Below are positions 1 through 8,211 of a DNA stretch of 17,141 nucleotides, one piece after another. Source of the stretch: Oligoflexales bacterium (GTDB lineage Bacteria > Bdellovibrionota_B > Oligoflexia > Oligoflexales > CAIYRB01); NCBI GenBank assembly GCA_041736175.1, contig JBGSUI010000017.1, positions 1-17,141 on the forward strand. The letters are read 5' to 3'. How positions within the stretch are numbered: the first letter of the stretch is position 1; every line of letters begins with the position of its first letter. Below the pieces are notes generated by a model that saw only the letters and a program-made list of their open reading frames with translations, made no database searches and was not told the origin of the DNA. The translations under genes were made by a program, and so were the position numbers.

Positions 1-20
1 GAGAGAAATTCGTCGTGTTC

Positions 21-72
21 GCCCGACTCGGTACCAATTTTTATTTCTATTGAATTGCTTACTGAGTCGGGC
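21..72. other. Long imperfect inverted repeat / hairpin just inside the putative IS end
   Basis: GCCCGACTCGGTA (21-33) pairs with TACTGAGTCGGGC (60-72) with one G:T; inner CAATT/AATTG extends the stem around an AT-rich loop. Confidence 0.6.
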
Positions 73-155
73 TACCCAAAAAGATGGTCGTCTCGAATTG
101 ATTTATAAGGGGGGATCATTGCTTAATCATGACAGAATATACAGCAAAAAGTCAA

Positions 156-205
156 TGGGTCAATTTAGCTGAGCGCTGGTGGGTCAATTTAGGTGAGCGC
201 TATAG
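156..205. mobile_element. Putative end of an IS21-like element (two tandem transposase-binding-type repeats); the element body would lie left of the window
   Basis: TGGGTCAATTTAGCTGAGCGCT (156-177) and TGGGTCAATTTAGGTGAGCGCT (180-201) are 21/22 identical with a 24-bp period, then ATAG. GGGTCAATTT tandem repeats resemble IS21-family ends, but the canonical terminal CA is absent. Confidence 0.55.
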
Positions 206-545
206 AAACCGGTATATAGATTTGGAAAATATTCAAAATACGCCAACAAAAACCACGTCGGAGCTATACTCCTTTAGGCTTCACGATATTATTTTGGCTT
301 GTCAAAAGATATACAAGATTTATGGTAATGGTTCACTTAAACAAACCGAGTCGAAAAGACAGTTGCTAATCACTCGAACGAAGCAAATTGTGATGCGGTT
401 GTGGGAAATGAAGAAATTAGATTTTTCCACGAGACCCAATCATCGCCCTCTCTTCGACCAATATATGCAAAAAGCGGGATCTGAAAGGATTGGTCAGATG
501 GCCGTTGATACCTGCAGTGACTCCTCGCAATCATTGGCAATGTAA
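206..545 (+). pseudogene. Possible 3' remnant of an unknown gene interrupted by the IS-like end
   Basis: ORF 129..545 reads through the repeat pair (WVNLAERWWVNLGERY is the translated repeat). The remaining ~112 codons stay open but show no motif I recognise. Confidence 0.3.
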
Positions 546-785
546 TAAGAAATAAAGGGTCTGGGAACCTTTGACTGAAGTTCCGTGTCAAGTAATCATC
601 CCAGCGTGCTTAGTTTGCTGATAGCCAAGGCGCTTTGGTTGCCATTCACTGGAGTGAAGCTCCTTAAGTTCATTGATTACCAATAGATAGGGAAAATGTT
701 TAAAAAAAGTTTAAATTTTCTGAAGAATATCCGATAATTAGGAGAATAGAATATTATTGAAATCCTATAAGATTGGGATAATCTG

Positions 786-989
786 ATGAAATCAAAGAAC
801 AAAATTCTTAGCGTCCAAGCTAATGGGCAGGTCTGCCTTTGAAAAGCCTTTGCTCGCGAGATGCTCCAAATGAAAGTAATCGATGGAGGCCGTATTGTGC
901 CTACACCGGTGACTATAGCCGAAAATCCCACTTCCGAAACCAGCAAAGCCGAAGAAGTTCTCACGCGACTTATTAAGGATAAAGAGTGA
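786..989 (+). pseudogene. AbrB/MazE-like antitoxin pseudogene (in-frame TGA at 840-842)
   Basis: Hand translation: MKSKNKILSVQANGQVCL*KAFAREMLQMKVIDGGRIVPTPVTIAENPTSETSKAEEVLTRLIKDKE. The V-x-x-N-G-Q-V-x-L-(G)-K pattern is AbrB-like, and TGA sits where GGA (Gly) would be expected. Not in the ORF track. Confidence 0.6.
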
Positions 990-1196
990 ATTCTACGCAA
1001 AAGGAATATATTCGTGTAGACCTTAGTTTTCCAGCCTTTGTGAAGCAGTTAGAGGTTCTAAATCGGATGCAACTCCAGGAGATAATGGACAGCACTGTTA
1101 AACTTTAAAAGACCACCTGGCAGGAGCTATGGGAACAGTCCACCAAGGGCAAAGGAAAAACGGGCTTTAACTATGAGATGATTCAAAGCGATTGGA
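986..1196 (+). pseudogene. Cognate RelE-like toxin pseudogene (in-frame TAA at 1106-1108; 3' part apparently lost)
   Basis: GTG start overlaps the antitoxin stop (GTGA). Translation: VNSTQKEYIRVDLSFPAFVKQLEVLNRMQLQEIMDSTVKL*KTTWQELWEQSTKGKGKTGFNYEMI. It resembles, from memory, small RelE-like toxins that follow such antitoxins, and it runs into the convergent gene ending at 1197. Confidence 0.5.
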
Positions 1197-1394
1197 TCAG
1201 CTGGCTTTTCGAAGTTTTTTTTCAATCAATCGCTGCCAGAGAGGTCCAAGTTTAGGGTCTTTGAGAATGATTTCTTCGTCATGCTTGACCACTTCGTGGG
1301 CATCGAGTGATTCCCGATCTTTCAAAACCTTTTCTTGTAACTCTTTTTTTAGTTCGACACAATCCAGACATGTTTCTACTTTTTTCTTAGTCAT
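1197..1394 (-). CDS. Small (65 aa) charged helical protein, probable partner/antitoxin of the upstream PIN protein
   Basis: ATG at 1394 overlaps the PIN stop (ATGACTAA). The DCVELKKELQEK motif resembles small proteins found downstream of this PIN subfamily. Confidence 0.7.
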   Translation of the reverse strand: MTKKKVETCLDCVELKKELQEKVLKDRESLDAHEVVKHDEEIILKDPKLGPLWQRLIEKKLRKAS

Positions 1395-1848
1395 TGCTAA
1401 CGACCTCACGAGGAGAGTGGATAGGGATCATACCATATCCTTTTACTAAATTCACAGAGTGATACCCCCGAATCTTATCAAAATGGACTATATGCTTAAA
1501 GTTCCAGCTAACAATTAAATCGGCCACCGCAACAGACGCTGCGGCGATATGTTCCGCATCGAGGGTGGATTTTGGTCCGACAATGCCGGCAGCTAGATAG
1601 GCATCTCTTAAATCAAATATTTCTTGTGCGGGCTCGACGACTTCCAAACACGTATCTGGGAGTTTTAGTAATACACTTTGCACATTAGCTGGGGCCAGCT
1701 CCAGTTCTCGGAAGGAAGTAGCAGAAACGAGGACAAGAAACCGACCTTGTCGGACATCGTCAAAAAATTTTAGACTATGTTGTTGGAACTCTTTGTCAAA
1801 ACATCCACCAAAAACTGACGTATCCACGTATACTCGGAATTTTTTCAT
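1387..1848 (-). CDS. PIN-domain (VapC-like) ribonuclease, 153 aa
   Basis: VYVDTSV (first acidic residue), E in RELE, DAEHIAAA and IVSWNFKHIV match PIN motifs. ATG at 1848 is preceded by AAGGAAATTAGG. Confidence 0.9.
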   Translation of the reverse strand: MKKFRVYVDTSVFGGCFDKEFQQHSLKFFDDVRQGRFLVLVSATSFRELELAPANVQSVLLKLPDTCLEVVEPAQEIFDLRDAYLAAGIVGPKSTLDAEHIAAASVAVADLIVSWNFKHIVHFDKIRGYHSVNLVKGYGMIPIHSPREVVSND

Positions 1849-1883
1849 CCTAATTTCCTTTCGAATTAGCAAAGCGGCGGAGG

Positions 1884-1903
1884 CCTCGCCCTTTAGGGGG
1901 AGG
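1884..1903 (-). mobile_element. IS200/IS605-type subterminal hairpin (putative right end of an IscB-type element)
   Basis: Minus strand reads TTCCTCCTCCCCCTAAAGGGCGAGGCCTCC: a CCTC-C-CCC/TAAA/GGG-C-GAGG stem-loop like those closing HEARO/iscB elements. Confidence 0.6.
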
Positions 1904-1989
1904 AGGAACCACCTGTTGTTTAAAAGAGTGCCAGTCTTTCCCGGCTGTCAGCCTCGTGAGAGACGTCACTGGGTTACCCCAGGGTACTC

Positions 1990-2150
1990 TGGTTTCCCTG
2001 GTAAATGTTACCTTGGCAATATTATGAAACCGTTTCAAATGCAAAGAGCACTGGCTTAACCCCTTAAACCTGTTTAACCCTTTGCCGCAGAGCCTGGGAC
2101 TGGTGAAGCATCCCAAGGTTTCTATGTATTGATTTCTAACGGGGCTCAAA
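1990..2150 (-). ncRNA. HEARO / IscB omega-RNA scaffold, orphan and probably 5'-degenerate
   Basis: Minus strand shows the HEARO blocks in order: CGTTAG, ACCTTGGGATGCTTCACCAGTCCCAGGCTCTG (2119-2088), GGTTAAACAG, GGGGTTAAGCCAGTGC, AATATTGCCAAGG, CATTTACC. Loop CACC can pair with downstream GGT (pseudoknot). The usual 5' GTCAAC...GTTGAC stem is not recognisable. Confidence 0.78.
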
Positions 2151-2310
2151 AAGTGTCTCTCCTGATTTTACCGCCTTTAGCACCTGCTTCAATACCATAA
2201 ACACTCTCTTCATTTTCTTCATTCCATCCATTAGATGTTAGCACTGCTCTACTAGGGATGCACCCCCGGTTTTTGATTGTTTCGGTTTGGTACCGTTTGT
2301 TTCTCTCAAT

Positions 2311-3636
2311 TTAAGGGCATGGCTTGCACAGTGCCCCATGCTCCGACGGACATCCCATTTTTGTCCAAACCTCAGTGGCAGCGATAAGTTCGGTCGGCAC
2401 CGGTGAAAGGGTCAAAGGCATTCCGCGCATTGTTCCTAATTCCCAATCGTTGCTCCACTCCCTATGACGGATTTTAAGGCGCTTCAGTAAAATGCTGTCG
2501 GTGCAGCCCGCACTAGGGGTGAGGACCCGAGATAATTCATTCGAAGGCATAAAGGGCACTCCCGAGGTTGGGAACTGGACCAGTGGCGTACGCTCCGTTT
2601 CTAAGCCAAAAGTCGCCGCAATGATAGACTGAGAGTTAGGACTTTGACTATGACAATGGCGGCAGGACTTTGAAAAAATTTGGTCTTTGACTATGTGAAA
2701 AAGCTGCTGACTACTCGACCAGTCCAATGATTTCTTAGTGGTTGGAAGCTCGCGGTGGATATCTGAGGTGTCTGTGCTTATGTAGGCGTAAAGTGCGTCG
2801 AGATCGGTCTGAGCCAGTTGTGGAAAGGCTGGCATTTCCAAGGTTTGTACGCTCTTTTGGCATATAATTGATTCCCCTTTGGAAATCCAATTTGGCCAAA
2901 TACTCTGGTCGATGAGCGTGGGCGATGGACTGCCATTAATGATACGCGCCGCAAAAAACGACCGTGCCAAAAAAGGGATACCAAGTCTTAGGAGTGGTGC
3001 TTCGGAGCGTTTCCCGTGGCACTCTGAGCATCCTAAACTATAAAATAATTGTTTGCCTTGCGAAACTAAGAGTCCAGTAGGGGAAGGTCCGCAGGGCTCG
3101 AGTTGATTTGCGACCTGACCCAAGACTTTTTGTCGCAAGTAATCCGGCAAAGGGAACATTCGAGTCTCGGCATGAAGGCGCCGCCCGACCGGTTGTCTTA
3201 AAAAAAGGTCAAGTCCGCAGTCTGTGTACCTAACCGAAGGGGTGTCTTTGCTTGATGGTGGACTTCCAGATGGATTTTCAGTGAAGGGAAACATCATGGG
3301 CGAGTTATCGACATAAGGATGAAAGGCCTGGATACGACCTCTCGCTGATTCGGAAAACGGCAACCAAGACGCTTGACGGTCACCTTTGACTGCAAACCAA
3401 TTATTAATATGGCAAGCGGTGCACGATTTTTGATCAAATCGCTCTGTTAAAAAAGTTTTATAATCTCGGAAAATATTGTTAACGGCCCCTCGGCGCGGGA
3501 GGTGGCATGCGCCGCATGATTTGATGACATCATCATGATTTTTGGTGGTCCTAGCCGGGGTCAGTGCTAAGCTGACACTGGGTAGCACCAACCAAAAAAA
3601 TGTGAAAAGGCACTTTTTCAAATGGATCGTTAACAA
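2311..3636 (-). CDS. Exported tetraheme c-type cytochrome of unknown function
   Basis: Four CxxCH motifs (CGACH, CTACH, CSECH, CRHCH), signal peptide ending VSLA, candidate distal Met ligands (EMPAF, RGMPL). Start is TTG 3636 or TTG 3621 (MKKCLF). Confidence 0.88.
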   Translation of the reverse strand: MLTIHLKKCLFTFFWLVLPSVSLALTPARTTKNHDDVIKSCGACHLPRRGAVNNIFRDYKTFLTERFDQKSCTACHINNWFAVKGDRQASWLPFSESARGRIQAFHPYVDNSPMMFPFTENPSGSPPSSKDTPSVRYTDCGLDLFLRQPVGRRLHAETRMFPLPDYLRQKVLGQVANQLEPCGPSPTGLLVSQGKQLFYSLGCSECHGKRSEAPLLRLGIPFLARSFFAARIINGSPSPTLIDQSIWPNWISKGESIICQKSVQTLEMPAFPQLAQTDLDALYAYISTDTSDIHRELPTTKKSLDWSSSQQLFHIVKDQIFSKSCRHCHSQSPNSQSIIAATFGLETERTPLVQFPTSGVPFMPSNELSRVLTPSAGCTDSILLKRLKIRHREWSNDWELGTMRGMPLTLSPVPTELIAATEVWTKMGCPSEHGALCKPCP

Positions 3637-4245
3637 CTAAATTTTTTCCCTGATAAATTGCTCTATTGCGACTGCGTCGATTGCTTCATTAACAAGTTTG
3701 GTCCACCTGTGGTCGTCTTCAGGCATTAGCTCCAGAGACATTAAAACTTGTTTGATCCCCGACAATTTTTGAATAAAAGACCGTTCTTTTAAGCATGCAA
3801 AGAGACTTAGTCTGTCGACCTGTACTTCCAGACTTGATGGGCTTTTGAGTTTACAATGGGCAGGATCCTCAATCACAAAAGTGGATTCATGTTTGCCGCT
3901 TAGATCTTCCCATGAAACGGTTGCAAGCGAAGGCTGCCTTTGCCGGATGCGAGCTTCCGCTTCGACCCGCAGCACCGGTTTACGGGCCTCCGCTTTTCGA
4001 CCGAGCGATCTTTTGAAAAGATTTATTTTGAATGCCTTCGCCTGCTCAGGATCATCTATTTCGATCTTCCTGCCTCCTTCCACGGAAATAAAGACAGGTT
4101 GATTTTTAAACGCTTTGAGAGCGGCCTTTTCAATAGGTGCATCGCTGTTTCGCTGGCCCATTGGGTTTGATTTAGATTTTTGGACGGGTGCGGACAAGGC
4201 AACAGTCGCTGCAAGGAACGAAGCTAGGAGTATCAAGGTTTTCAT
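3637..4245 (-). CDS. Secreted protein of unknown function (202 aa)
   Basis: Sec signal MKTLILLASFLAATVALS/A, GGAGGAG RBS, TAATG stop/start overlap with the upstream gene. Confidence 0.85.
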   Translation of the reverse strand: MKTLILLASFLAATVALSAPVQKSKSNPMGQRNSDAPIEKAALKAFKNQPVFISVEGGRKIEIDDPEQAKAFKINLFKRSLGRKAEARKPVLRVEAEARIRQRQPSLATVSWEDLSGKHESTFVIEDPAHCKLKSPSSLEVQVDRLSLFACLKERSFIQKLSGIKQVLMSLELMPEDDHRWTKLVNEAIDAVAIEQFIREKI

Positions 4246-5738
4246 TACAAAACTCCTCCAAGACCAAAGAGTGAATTAGATAGAATTCGCCGCTGAAGCG
4301 CGGCAGTAAGCTCCCGAGATAAGGTTCCTACGACTTTTTGATTGGACAAAAGCTGTCCCATGAGAGTGGCATAAAATGTTGAAGTGTCCCCGTTAACAAC
4401 AACTGATGAAATTCCAAATTTTTGCAAATCAACGCGGACCGTTTTTAAGTCCAGCGTCATCTCCAAGTTAGCTTCGTAGGCGATCTCGATAGGAAGGTCA
4501 AGTTCTTCGACATAAAAAGTTACCTTACCGCGGAAGTTTGGCGACCGATTTGCTACGTTTTTCACAAGGTCACGAGCGCGGACTAGTTTCTGGCTACCGG
4601 GGATAAAAGAACCGGTGACGACGCTGCGGCTTAAAGTAAAATCGATGAACCCTCCCAAGTCATAGCTGCCATCAAGGACCCTAGGGACATAAAGTTCGCT
4701 TAATGCGAGCATGTCGGTTACCCAGCTTACAGTTCTGTCATCACCAGTTTTTCTAACCAACACTCCTGGTTCCAGCTGAACGGTGAGTGGTGCGGAGGTA
4801 TTCTGCTCACCATCACTCGTTGCAAAGGCATAGGTCATGGTCCCCTGAAATGTGACGTTCCCCCTTGCTAGACTGCGAATGATTTCGACCTGTTCCCCAC
4901 TCAAATGCAGGCGGTAGTAAACTGCCACTGCGCTTGGGAATTGCTTGTCCGGAACCAAACTAGAGGTGATTGACCCGAGTGCCGGCGGTAAAAAAAGATT
5001 TGCCTCTATCATTCGGGATGGGAGTGGAAAAAACAGGGCGTTGGGGTTCTTTTTGATCAGGTTCGCAACAGTTGAACTGGCCAGGTCGTAGGATGGAGCC
5101 AACACAAGTCGGAGATCGTATGATCCAGGGCTTTCCAATGATTCCACAAGGCTGGCCATCGGACCTTGACTATCACGAGCAAGAAGCCAGGCATTCGGAA
5201 CGACAAAATAGGTATCAGGATCGGAACTCTCATAGCCGACAAGTTCACCACCCGCAGCAAGGATCGGTGCTTTTGGCATGACCGGCGACTCCGCCCATGC
5301 AGAATGCGGTGAAAAAAACATCCCCAGCAAAAAGAATATCGCGTATTTAAGAAGCTCGGGGCGGATGCAAGCAGCAAATACGGCCTGCCATTTTTTGTTT
5401 CCTGCATCAATGAGAGCATTAGAGTTGTTCAATCCCGCGGCGAATACCACATCTTTAACGATCATATCGGATGTCACCTCTGGTAGAACAAGAGACAGAC
5501 CGTTGCAATCGATGCTGCGTCTGGCCTGAACCGACGCGGGTGCATCCAGGTTAAGTTGGGTAGACTTTCGGTCGACGTCTGGTCCAGATTGCGGACTAGG
5601 GTCTGGCGAAGGAGCTTCGTGGTGCTCGGTACGTGTGCCGTTGCAGCCAATAGCCGAGGCCAATAGAGCTAGAATCGAGGCATTTCTCAAGATTGATGGC
5701 GCCTTCTTCAAAGGAGGGTGATCGTATTTAGAGGTCAT
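4245..5738 (-). CDS. Exported protein of unknown function (497 aa) with an N-terminal lipoprotein signal and a second internal signal-peptide-like segment
   Basis: Lipobox-like LASAIG-C32, P/S-rich linker, Cys78/Cys124, then KYAIFFLLGMFFSPHSAWA (131-149). GAGG RBS; overlaps the upstream stop by 11 nt. Confidence 0.82.
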   Translation of the reverse strand: MTSKYDHPPLKKAPSILRNASILALLASAIGCNGTRTEHHEAPSPDPSPQSGPDVDRKSTQLNLDAPASVQARRSIDCNGLSLVLPEVTSDMIVKDVVFAAGLNNSNALIDAGNKKWQAVFAACIRPELLKYAIFFLLGMFFSPHSAWAESPVMPKAPILAAGGELVGYESSDPDTYFVVPNAWLLARDSQGPMASLVESLESPGSYDLRLVLAPSYDLASSTVANLIKKNPNALFFPLPSRMIEANLFLPPALGSITSSLVPDKQFPSAVAVYYRLHLSGEQVEIIRSLARGNVTFQGTMTYAFATSDGEQNTSAPLTVQLEPGVLVRKTGDDRTVSWVTDMLALSELYVPRVLDGSYDLGGFIDFTLSRSVVTGSFIPGSQKLVRARDLVKNVANRSPNFRGKVTFYVEELDLPIEIAYEANLEMTLDLKTVRVDLQKFGISSVVVNGDTSTFYATLMGQLLSNQKVVGTLSRELTAALQRRILSNSLFGLGGVL

Positions 5739-6615
5739 AGGTCTTTTCCTCGCTCGTCGGTTTGACGCTGAAAGAGCCGTTTGCTTTAACTGAATTCAGT
5801 TTGAGCAGGCCATCGTCACCGGTCGTAAAAAGGTTGCCTAATGCAGCGTCGACAAAGGCTCGAAGGTCGTCCAGCTCCCACTTGGTTATTGAGTTGGCGG
5901 TAGTTTTATCGCTAGAAACTGCTAGTCCAAGCAAAAAGACGGCTTCGTCCTTTGCTAAGGAATCATCCTCACGTCCGGCCAGGTAATTTCGTAGAGAGGT
6001 CCCTATGGGGTCCCAGGGTACCGAAGAAGCTGTTTGGGCAACTAGAAATTTAAGAATGAGCGACTTCTTAACTAAAGATCCGTTTTCAGCTTCTTTTTTT
6101 AGGCTGGCGAGCGTGGCATCCAACTTATCGTTGGGGATGCGAAAGCGAAACTGGCATAGGACAGCCTCATCACCAGCACTCAAATCCCGGCCGAGTGCCT
6201 TGACCTCTTGAACAATGGAACGGATGCCTTCGACGGAGCTAAGCTGACATTCAGTACTTGGGGTCAAAAACCCCAGTGCCAACTTCCTGCCGTTCCATTG
6301 GGCGTCCAAGTTGCCAAGGTCCCGGTTTAACACCTTTTTAAAAAAAACTCCCACTCGCCAATAGCTAGATGGCGCGGCCGGGTCCTGAGGACCATCAAAT
6401 TTTAGGACGCGAATTTCAGTCTTTGGAACGAATCGTATCGGGTCACCCAGTTGGTCACCCAAGCCTGCATCGTAGAAAATCGCTTCAGGAGTCTCCACAA
6501 CGGAAGCGACCCCGACTGGGCCAGCAGAGGCTTCGAGTGCCGCCCCCAAAAAAGAGACAAAGAAAAAGAAACCTGCAAAAAGCCGACCTGAATCGGACAT
6601 TTGACGCATTTTCAT
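5728..6615 (-). CDS. Secreted protein of unknown function (295 aa)
   Basis: GGAG RBS, signal peptide ending LEASA, one Cys pair, long ORF coupled to the next gene. Confidence 0.85.
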   Translation of the reverse strand: MKMRQMSDSGRLFAGFFFFVSFLGAALEASAGPVGVASVVETPEAIFYDAGLGDQLGDPIRFVPKTEIRVLKFDGPQDPAAPSSYWRVGVFFKKVLNRDLGNLDAQWNGRKLALGFLTPSTECQLSSVEGIRSIVQEVKALGRDLSAGDEAVLCQFRFRIPNDKLDATLASLKKEAENGSLVKKSLILKFLVAQTASSVPWDPIGTSLRNYLAGREDDSLAKDEAVFLLGLAVSSDKTTANSITKWELDDLRAFVDAALGNLFTTGDDGLLKLNSVKANGSFSVKPTSEEKTYDL

Positions 6616-6727
6616 AGATAAACTCCAAGGAAAGAGATGAAAAAGAAGAAAAAAGTCGCCTGCGAAGCTCTATCTGCATCCAGAAGTGCAGGCGACTTAT
6701 AACATAGTCAATGGACACTTGACTCAA

Positions 6728-7984
6728 TTAGGGCTTTACTTGTTTGGCCAGAATGTCTGCAAATCCGTAGGAACCTGACCAATAGTTTTTGCAGTCCCCG
6801 TTCACATTTCGGCTGACGTCCCCAGAGTCGGATACGATGACGCACGCGATTCCTGTTGGGATGACAGTTGTTCCGATATTGACGCCACGTGGGCTCTTAA
6901 ACTGCAGGGTTGCATGCTTGTGTTCTTGCTGTTTTTCGTATTTCGCATCGAGTTTAAAGCCGTAGGCTGGCTTTGTTGTATCTACCTGACCCAGTTGGGC
7001 ACCAAGTGGAGTCATCATCTCGTCTTGAAGCTTTTGCTGAGTGCGCTCAGCGAGCTGCCACACTAGCTTTTGATTTTCATCCTCGGGATCAAGAGTCACA
7101 TTGTTAATCTGCTGACCACGGGCATCCGTAATGGACATCAATACAGCGCATTCACTCGCTGGTTTATTAACACACAGGCCAGCATTTTTCCAGAAAGTTT
7201 CCATTTGGACATCAGTGCAAATGCCATCATGATAGGCCGCGTAAGCATGAAATTGTTCAAAAAGCTTGTCGTAGTTTACCGTCACTGTCGCCGTAAAGGC
7301 ATCGCCAGCCTTGTAGTACTCTGCCTCTAGGTTTAGCTGCAGAGCGTTGCCGCTACGCAGGAACTGTTTGTAAATCACTCCACCACTTTTGTTGAGCATT
7401 GCTGTGATTGCGACGTTTTCACCTAAAGTCGGCCCAGTCCTTGAGTAGTCTACTTCCGAAAAAACAGTAGGATCACAGTCCTTTTCCACCTCCCCGGTCG
7501 CTTCGTTTTTGATTTCGACACAAACCTGCTTACCGTCTTCCCCAATTCCAGGGGTCAGCGGTTTGACCTTCATCCCTTTAAATGGAAATGGAACTGGGGT
7601 ATACCCCGCCTCTTGGATCCGTTTGAACAAGGCTTCTTTTTCTGCTCCAAATACACCAAATTCAAGCTGTGCATTTAGTACTGCCGAACCATCCGGCAAT
7701 AGGGCAAAGCCTACGAGTGGTTGTCCGTTCATCAGTGCGACTCGGCCTCCCTTTGGTGCGTAATAAACAATTGATTTGTCGTTTGAATCAAAAGCCAAGA
7801 CAAAATCATGTTCGACCTTAGAGTCTTGTCCGATGTTGACGGCCACTTTCTGCGGATCGACGACCCAAGCACTGGCTTGGGTCGCACCCACTAATGTTGA
7901 TAGCCATGTTGTTAGCAACGTTGCCGCAATGGATGCTTCGCTAGCGAGCGACTTTCGTAGTCCTGTCTTCCCTGTTTTTTTCAC
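6728..7984 (-). CDS. Secreted protein of unknown function (418 aa), first gene of the operon
   Basis: AAGGAG RBS precedes GTG at 7984 (preferred over 8026). Basic N-region, hydrophobic core and QASA cleavage site; multiple Cys consistent with disulfides. Confidence 0.87.
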   Translation of the reverse strand: MKKTGKTGLRKSLASEASIAATLLTTWLSTLVGATQASAWVVDPQKVAVNIGQDSKVEHDFVLAFDSNDKSIVYYAPKGGRVALMNGQPLVGFALLPDGSAVLNAQLEFGVFGAEKEALFKRIQEAGYTPVPFPFKGMKVKPLTPGIGEDGKQVCVEIKNEATGEVEKDCDPTVFSEVDYSRTGPTLGENVAITAMLNKSGGVIYKQFLRSGNALQLNLEAEYYKAGDAFTATVTVNYDKLFEQFHAYAAYHDGICTDVQMETFWKNAGLCVNKPASECAVLMSITDARGQQINNVTLDPEDENQKLVWQLAERTQQKLQDEMMTPLGAQLGQVDTTKPAYGFKLDAKYEKQQEHKHATLQFKSPRGVNIGTTVIPTGIACVIVSDSGDVSRNVNGDCKNYWSGSYGFADILAKQVKP

Positions 7985-8079
7985 GTTTCGTTCTCCTTGA
8001 TGTTTTGGATCAAGCGTGAACACCACGCTTGAGTTTTTAAGCCGAGTCTCATGGGAATCAGCTTGTACTCAGACGTCCT

Positions 8080-8095
8080 TGCAAGGAGTGTGCCG
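8080..8095 (-). promoter_or_regulatory. Sigma54 (-24/-12) promoter for the secreted-protein operon
   Basis: Minus strand CGGCACACTCCTTGCA matches YGGCAC-N5-TTGCW with exact GG-N10-GC spacing, ~95 nt upstream of the GTG. AT-rich tract immediately upstream (8098-8130). Confidence 0.8.
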
Positions 8096-8211
8096 TCAAA
8101 TAATATCTAAATTAATTGGATGGTTATATCCATTGAAAGTCGTTTGACGGGTGGGGGAGTCGGTAGAGGTGGAGCAAGGGGTCGCTTCAGGCTCCTCTTG
8201 TTCTAGGTCCA

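Noticed and set aside
156..201. Repeat pair as a CRISPR array
   Set aside because: Only two copies separated by 2 nt, no spacers, and no cas genes in the window.
129..545. 138-aa ORF as an intact gene
   Set aside because: Its N-terminus is the translated IS-like repeat, so it is probably a chimeric frame.
1793..2149. ORFs 1793..2059 (+) and 1850..2149 (-) as proteins, including an IscB fragment
   Set aside because: They overlie the structured RNA and end hairpin, and show no PLMP, RuvC or HNH motif.
8172..8203. Intrinsic terminator after the regulator gene
   Set aside because: The inverted repeat is imperfect and has no U-tract on the minus strand.
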